Positions 58,517 through 64,000 of a DNA stretch of 64,000 bases are shown here, piece by piece (within the stretch, counting starts at the first letter, position 1; each line of letters opens with the position of its first letter). This stretch comes from Candidatus Omnitrophota bacterium. Lineage in GTDB: Bacteria > Omnitrophota > Gorgyraeia > B26-G9. Below the pieces are notes generated by a model, which did no database searches, had not been told where the DNA came from, and saw nothing but the letters and a program-made list of their open reading frames with translations. The position numbers and the translations under genes are program-made. The DNA lies in assembly GCA_043805415.1 (NCBI GenBank), contig JAZDHZ010000021.1, positions 8,127-72,126 of the forward strand, written 5' to 3'.

Positions 58517-60274
58517 ATGCGAACAAAAGGACAGGTTGTCGGGATAGTATCAAATCTGATTACTATAGAAGTTGATGGACCGGTTAGTCAGAATGAAATA
58601 TGTTATATCATGCTTGACGAAACCAAATTAAAAGCTGAGGTTATTAAAATAAATGGAAAGAACGCCTTTGCTCAGGTGTTTGAAAGTACCCGCGGCTTAA
58701 AAGTAGGCAGCCTGGTTGAGTTTACTGATCATTTGCTGGAAGTTGAACTCGGACCTGGGCTGTTATCACAAAAATATGACGGTTTGCAAAATGATTTAGA
58801 AGCAATGACCGGAGTTTTTTTAAAACGCGGAGAAATGACCACTCCTTTTTCCTATGAAAAAAAGTGGGAATTTATCGCTTTAGCAAAAAAATCAGACAAA
58901 GTGCAAGCTGGAGACTGGTTGGGAGAAGTTAAGGAAAATTTTATTAGCCATAAGATAATGGTACCGCTAAAGCTCGAAGGGATTTGGCAAATAGATTCTA
59001 TCGCGTCTAAAGGTGAATATACCGTAAAAGATACTATTGTTGTGTTAAGAAATTCTCAGAAAGAAACTGTTGATGTTACCATGACCCAGCGCTGGCCAGT
59101 TAAAGTGCCGATTCGGGCTTATGCCAATAAACCGATCGCGTTTAAAACTTTGCAGACAGGGGTTCGGCTGATTGATACAATCAATCCGATTGTTGAGGGA
59201 GGAACTGGCTTTATTCCCGGACCATTTGGCTGCGGAAAAACAGTTTTACAGCATATTATTGCTGCTAATGCCCAGGTTGATATGGTAATTATCTGTGCTT
59301 GTGGTGAACGGGCTAATGAAGTGGTCGAGATATTTAAAGAATTTCCTGAGCTTGATGATCCGAATACTGGCCGCAAATTAATGGAAAGAACCATTATTAT
59401 TTGCAATACATCCAATATGCCGGTTGCCGCCCGTGAGGCTTCGGTGTACACGGCCATGACCATTGCTGAATATTACAGACAGATGGGAATAAAAATATTG
59501 TTATTAGCTGATTCGACATCACGTTGGGCTCAAGCATTAAGGGAAATGTCAAATCGCATGGAAGAACTTCCTGGCCCAGACGCTTTTCCCATGGACCTTA
59601 CCGCGATAGTAGCAAATTTTTATGCCAGGGCAGGAATGGTGGAATTAAATAATGGCCAGACCGGATCAGTAACTTTTCTTGGCACAGTGAGCCCTGCCGG
59701 AGGAAATATGAAAGAACCTGTGACTGAATCAACTAAGAAGGTGGCAAGATGTTTTTATGCTTTATCCCAGCAGAGAGCGGATAGCAAGCGATATCCTTCA
59801 ATTGATACCATAGAAAGTTATTCTAAATATCTGGAGTATAAAGAAGTGCAGGAATATTTAGAAGAGCACTTTGAACCGCATTGGATTGAGAAAATTGCTT
59901 ATATCAAAGATATATTACTCCGCGGTAAAGAAGCCTATGATCAGATAAATATTTTAGGTGATGATAGCGTGCCGATTGAATATCATCAGCGTTTTTGGAA
60001 ATCAGAATTAGTTGATTTCGGGTTTTTACAGCAAGATGCTTTTGATCCTGTTGATAAAGCTACTTCTTTAGAAAGACAACGTTATATGCTGGATATTATT
60101 TATAATATTTGTGACGCGGAATTCAAATTTGACGGGTTTACAGAAGTGTCGGCTTATTTTAAGAAAATAATTAACATTATAAGGCAGATTAATTTTTCAG
60201 AATTTCAAAAGGAAGAGTTTAAAAATTTTGAAGATGAATTGCAAAGCACTTTAATGGAAAGGAAACTATCATGA
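58517..60274 (+). CDS. V/A-type ATP synthase subunit A
   Basis: PGPFGCGKT, CGERANE, NTSNMPVAAREAS, ADSTSRWAQALRE. Confidence 0.97.
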   Translation: MRTKGQVVGIVSNLITIEVDGPVSQNEICYIMLDETKLKAEVIKINGKNAFAQVFESTRGLKVGSLVEFTDHLLEVELGPGLLSQKYDGLQNDLEAMTGVFLKRGEMTTPFSYEKKWEFIALAKKSDKVQAGDWLGEVKENFISHKIMVPLKLEGIWQIDSIASKGEYTVKDTIVVLRNSQKETVDVTMTQRWPVKVPIRAYANKPIAFKTLQTGVRLIDTINPIVEGGTGFIPGPFGCGKTVLQHIIAANAQVDMVIICACGERANEVVEIFKEFPELDDPNTGRKLMERTIIICNTSNMPVAAREASVYTAMTIAEYYRQMGIKILLLADSTSRWAQALREMSNRMEELPGPDAFPMDLTAIVANFYARAGMVELNNGQTGSVTFLGTVSPAGGNMKEPVTESTKKVARCFYALSQQRADSKRYPSIDTIESYSKYLEYKEVQEYLEEHFEPHWIEKIAYIKDILLRGKEAYDQINILGDDSVPIEYHQRFWKSELVDFGFLQQDAFDPVDKATSLERQRYMLDIIYNICDAEFKFDGFTEVSAYFKKIINIIRQINFSEFQKEEFKNFEDELQSTLMERKLS

Positions 60275-61620
60275 GCCGCCAACCACCAGCATTTAAAACG
60301 GTCTATACCAAGATCGAGCAGATCACCAAAGCGACCTGCTCATTAAAAGCTAATGGTATCGCTAATGAGGAAATGGCAACAATTGATGGCCGCCCGGCTC
60401 AAGTAGTTAAAATTCAAGGTGATTTAGTTACCTTGCAGGTTTTTTCCGGAACGCAAGGTATTGGTACAGATGTGGATGTTATTTTTATGGGAGAGCCGCC
60501 GACATTAAGAGTAGGCGATGATTTATCCGGGAGATTTCTTAATGCCTATGGCCAGCCAATTGATGGCGGCCCTGATCTGGAAGGAAAAAAAACCCCGATT
60601 GGCGGGCCAAGTGTTAATCCAGTGCGTCGGGAACAGCCGTCAGAATTAATCAGTACCGGGATCGCCGGGATTGACTTAAACAATACCCTGGTTACCGGAC
60701 AAAAAATACCTTTTTTTGCTGATCCTGACCAGCCTTATAATCAGGTGATGGCCGATGTTGCCCTGCGGGCTAAAGCTGATAGAATTATCCTTGGCGGTAT
60801 GGGACTTTCCAATGATGATTATCTTTATTACCGCAGAGTTTTTGAAGATGCCGGTGTTTTAGAAAAAATCACTTGTTTTATTAATACCAATGATGATCCT
60901 CCGGTAGAAAGATTATTAGTTCCCGACATGGTGCTAGCCGCGGCTGAATATTTTGCGGTTGAAAAAAAGGAAAAAGTATTGGTTTTACTTACTGATATGA
61001 CATTATTTTGTGACGCATTGAGTATTGTTTCAAACCGAATGGATCAAATTCCCAGTAAGGACAGTATGCCGGGATCGCTGTATAGTGATTTGGCTAAAAT
61101 ATATGAAAAAGCAGTACAATTTAAAGAAGGCTCAATCACGATTATTGCTGTAACTACACTTAGCGGTGGAGATATTACTCATGCTATTCCGGATAATACG
61201 GGTTATATTACAGAAGGCCAGTTATTTTTGCGGCGGAATACCGATATATCTAAAGTTATTATTGATCCGTTTAGAAGTCTTTCCAGACTTAAACAATTAG
61301 TTATTGGTAAAAGAACAAGAGAAGATCATCCTCAGGTTATGAATGCCGGGGTTAGGCTTTATTCTGACGCGGCAAATGCTAAGACAAAAAAAGAAAATGG
61401 TTTTGATCTGACTGATTATGATGAACGGGCATTAAAATTCGCTTATGATTATGCTCAGGAATTATTGGCCATAGATATTAATATTGATGTGGATAAGATG
61501 TTAGATACAGCCTGGAGATTATTTGCTCAATATTTTCAAAAGGATGAAATTGCCATAAAAGAAGAAATAATGAGCAAATACTGGCCGAAAAATATCGAAG
61601 GCGTAAAAAGCAGCGTATAG
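60271..61620 (+). CDS. V/A-type ATP synthase subunit B
   Basis: GQKIPFF, MPGSLYSDLAKIYE, PDNTGYITEGQ, SLSRLK. Confidence 0.97.
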   Translation: MSRQPPAFKTVYTKIEQITKATCSLKANGIANEEMATIDGRPAQVVKIQGDLVTLQVFSGTQGIGTDVDVIFMGEPPTLRVGDDLSGRFLNAYGQPIDGGPDLEGKKTPIGGPSVNPVRREQPSELISTGIAGIDLNNTLVTGQKIPFFADPDQPYNQVMADVALRAKADRIILGGMGLSNDDYLYYRRVFEDAGVLEKITCFINTNDDPPVERLLVPDMVLAAAEYFAVEKKEKVLVLLTDMTLFCDALSIVSNRMDQIPSKDSMPGSLYSDLAKIYEKAVQFKEGSITIIAVTTLSGGDITHAIPDNTGYITEGQLFLRRNTDISKVIIDPFRSLSRLKQLVIGKRTREDHPQVMNAGVRLYSDAANAKTKKENGFDLTDYDERALKFAYDYAQELLAIDINIDVDKMLDTAWRLFAQYFQKDEIAIKEEIMSKYWPKNIEGVKSSV

Positions 61621-61750
61621 CGGACAGCGTTTAGCGAATAGAAAAAGCAGGAAAAAGTTATCGAGTTAACGCGTTTACGTGTTTGCGGGTTAAAAAATAA
61701 AATCAGTTAGTTTTTTACGCAATACGCGATACGCACGACGCAATACGAAA
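61612..61750. repeat. Three consecutive degenerate 7/8-nt tandem arrays
   Basis: AGCGTAT AGCGGAC AGCGTTT AGCGAAT; GAGTTAAC GCGTTTAC GTGTTTGC GGGTTAAA; TACGCAA TACGCGA TACGCAC GACGCAA TACGAAA. Confidence 0.8.
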
Positions 61751-61763
61751 CAGAGGATCAATC

Positions 61764-62354
61764 GTGGCACAGATACAATATAATAAAACTGCTCTGCTTA
61801 AGATCAATAAAGACTTGTCAATGCGTCAAAACGCATTGCCTGTATTACGCAGCAAAGAATCAGCCTTAAGAGCAGAAACAAGAAAAATCAGAGCTAAGAT
61901 CAAAGGCTTAGAGCTAAGCCTTGAACAGTTGAAAGCAACGCTTGAGCCGATGGAGCGATTATGGGTAGAATTTCCGGATATTGTTAAAATTGAGAAGATT
62001 AACTTTGTGCAGAAAAAAGTAGCGAGTATTGCTGTGTTTAATATTGAGGGAATTGATTTCAACACAGAAGATATAAGTTTTTTTGCTTATCCCTCATGGG
62101 TATCGCAGGGAATAGAAATTATTAAAAACCTTTTATTTTTACAAATGGAATTGATTAACGAAAAAAATATTCTGGATAGTGTTGAATATGCCCGCCGTAA
62201 AACTACCCAGAAAGTCAATCTCTATGAAAAAGTACAGATACCATTTTTCGAGGAATCAATTCGCAGGATTAAACGGTTTTTAGAAGATCAGGATAACCTG
62301 TCTAAATCTTCACAGAAAGTAATTAAAAACCGGATGGAGGCAGCCTTGATATGA
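61764..62354 (+). CDS. V/A-type ATP synthase subunit D
   Basis: YNKTAL, LPVL.SKE.AL, KTTQKVNLYEKVQIP, IKRFLED. Confidence 0.95.
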   Translation: MAQIQYNKTALLKINKDLSMRQNALPVLRSKESALRAETRKIRAKIKGLELSLEQLKATLEPMERLWVEFPDIVKIEKINFVQKKVASIAVFNIEGIDFNTEDISFFAYPSWVSQGIEIIKNLLFLQMELINEKNILDSVEYARRKTTQKVNLYEKVQIPFFEESIRRIKRFLEDQDNLSKSSQKVIKNRMEAALI

Positions 62355-64000
62355 TTGCTCCAATGGAAAAAGTTACAATTCTAATTTTTCATAAGATCAA
62401 GGATGATTTTTTAAGCGCTCTGCAAACGCTGGGACTTTTGCATGTATCGCAGGAGAAAAAAGACGCGGATCAGCATTTAAAGCTGATGCAGTCAGAAATA
62501 ATGCGTTGTGAAGCATTTTTAAAAACAGTTAAAAAAACAAAAGATATCGCGGCTGAGGATGAAATAGCTGCTGAGTTTAAACCTAAACAGGGATTTGAGT
62601 TTGTGGAGCTGTTAGAAATGTTAGACTCGGAGTTAAGCGGCTTAACCGATAATTTAGAAAAGACAGAAAAAGAAATCCGGAATCTTGCTCCTTGGGGAGA
62701 ATTTGACCGCAAAGCAATTGAGCGATTAAATCTTTCCGGGGTGAAGCTGCGTTTTTTTATTAGTCCGCTTAAAAAATTCAGCGAATGTAATATTGATCAG
62801 AGTATTTGTGCGCATGAGATTTCACGGGATAAAACCTATGTTTACTTTGTGGTGTTTGAAAAAGATCAGGAAATAGAGCTTGATTGCGATGAGTTTTTTT
62901 ATCCGGCTGTTGATCTGCAGACCTTGGAGAAAGAAGCGGTATCCCTTAGAAAGCAAATCGCGGAAAAAAACAGATCGCGGTTAACCGCGCTCGCAGCGTA
63001 TAACCAGGTGCAGGATTATTCTAACCAACAGAAGACTCAGCTGAATTATTTATTGGTTAGTAATAGTCTGACTCATGCTGCCCAAGAAAAAGTAATTATT
63101 ATTAATGGTTGGCTGCCGAGACAGCAAAAGCCTGATGTGGAAGAATTTTTAGACGCTCAGGAAGTTTATTTTTATTTTAGCCAACCTGAACTAGGCGAAG
63201 ATGTCCCGGTTTTACTTAAAAATAATTGGTTTAGCAGTTTATTTGAGCCGATAACAAAGATGTTTGCTTTACCTCAATATACGGAGATGGATTTAACTGC
63301 TTTTTTTGCTCCATTTTTCACCTTATTTTTCGGGTTTTGTTTAGGGGACGCGGGTTATGGCTTAATAATTCTTTTATTATGCGCGGGATTTTGGAGAAAA
63401 GTCTCTTTAGAACAGCGCCCGTTTTTAACATTAGGCGCGGTTTTTGGTTTATCAACATTTATATTTGGCCTTATTTCCGGGAATTTGTTTGGAATCGAAC
63501 TAGTAAAAATAGAGTTTATTAGAAAATTAGTTTTACTTAATCAAGATCAGCTGTTTTATCTTTCACTTAAAATCGGGATCGTGCAGATATTTTTCGGCTT
63601 ATTTTTAAAGGCAATCAACAAAACCCGTCAATTTGGTTTTATGTCCAGCTTGTCAACCTGGGGCTGGATGTTAATGCTTACCGGTGTGCTGCCTTTGGTT
63701 TTAGCGTTTTTAGCAAATAGCATAGCCCCGATCTGGGCTGATTATTCTGCTTTAGCTGGGCTTGTTTTGATTTTACTGTTTAATGACCTTAAAGCTAATC
63801 TATTTGTGCGTCTAGGCAAAGGTCTTTGGGAATTATATGGCGGACTTACTGGATTTTTGGGTGATGTTTTAAGTTATGTCCGCTTGTTTGCTTTGGGTAT
63901 TTCCGGAGCAATTTTAGGACTGGTGGTAAATGAGATTGGGATGCAGTTTAGAACCATACCCTATATCGGCTATTTTCTTACTTTTGCTTTTTTAATTGTG
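62351..64000 (+). CDS. V/A-type ATP synthase subunit I (a), runs off window end
   Basis: Starts MIAPMEKVTILI (ATGA overlap). In the same frame near the end is GDVLSYVRLFALG with the essential Arg. Not in the ORF track because no stop falls inside the window. Confidence 0.92.
   Translation, partial: MIAPMEKVTILIFHKIKDDFLSALQTLGLLHVSQEKKDADQHLKLMQSEIMRCEAFLKTVKKTKDIAAEDEIAAEFKPKQGFEFVELLEMLDSELSGLTDNLEKTEKEIRNLAPWGEFDRKAIERLNLSGVKLRFFISPLKKFSECNIDQSICAHEISRDKTYVYFVVFEKDQEIELDCDEFFYPAVDLQTLEKEAVSLRKQIAEKNRSRLTALAAYNQVQDYSNQQKTQLNYLLVSNSLTHAAQEKVIIINGWLPRQQKPDVEEFLDAQEVYFYFSQPELGEDVPVLLKNNWFSSLFEPITKMFALPQYTEMDLTAFFAPFFTLFFGFCLGDAGYGLIILLLCAGFWRKVSLEQRPFLTLGAVFGLSTFIFGLISGNLFGIELVKIEFIRKLVLLNQDQLFYLSLKIGIVQIFFGLFLKAINKTRQFGFMSSLSTWGWMLMLTGVLPLVLAFLANSIAPIWADYSALAGLVLILLFNDLKANLFVRLGKGLWELYGGLTGFLGDVLSYVRLFALGISGAILGLVVNEIGMQFRTIPYIGYFLTFAFLIV

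Noticed and set aside
692-62712. Numerous short minus-strand ORFs in the track
   Set aside because: They lie antisense to well-supported genes or across repeats and show no recognisable motifs.
63337-63522. 61-aa + strand ORF
   Set aside because: Out-of-frame overlap inside V-ATPase subunit I.
1-64000. tRNA, rRNA, transposase or integrase genes
   Set aside because: No cloverleaf/T-loop signatures in the spacers and no recombinase-like ORFs seen by eye; a tRNAscan/Infernal run would confirm.

Overview
AT-rich bacterial window with essentially all genes on the + strand. Gene content and order point to the PVC superphylum, most plausibly Omnitrophota (inference: Amuc_1100-like pilus cluster, E-C-A-B-D-I V-ATPase, giant Ig-repeat protein next to a divergent F-ATPase). 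1-19 kb: the 3' end of a giant membrane-anchored Ig-like-repeat protein, then a divergent F-type ATPase cluster (epsilon, c, b-delta fusion, alpha, gamma, beta) with no subunit a, then a T2SS-like operon carrying four PilZ domains and a gluzincin peptidase. 19-33 kb: pgk and tpiA interleaved with a second type IV pilus/T2SS set (two PilB, PilT, PilC, PilM-N, Amuc_1100-like protein, secretin). 33-46 kb: housekeeping genes (polA, glgA, coaE, rho, rpmE, prfA, prmC, murA, rpsP, trmD, rplS, rnhB). 46-53 kb: two large signal-peptide proteins built from cytoplasmic enzyme folds (YvcK plus pseudo-HAD; RelA/SpoT) that share an N-terminal LSPx[VI]NIxxTxFxD motif and a C-terminal NxxxIxxAI-stop motif; these are candidate exported effectors. 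53-64 kb: ygfA-rny-ymdB, an orphan NfnB/GltD C-terminal fragment and a V/A-type ATP synthase operon running off the end. Non-coding signals include a two-copy structured element, a multi-hairpin element and several degenerate 7/8-nt tandem arrays. Best candidate for a new system: an ion-uncoupled F-type rotary ATPase linked to a giant adhesin and c-di-GMP-controlled secretion, possibly exporting motif-tagged enzyme-derived effectors. All calls come from motif reading by eye; no searches were run.
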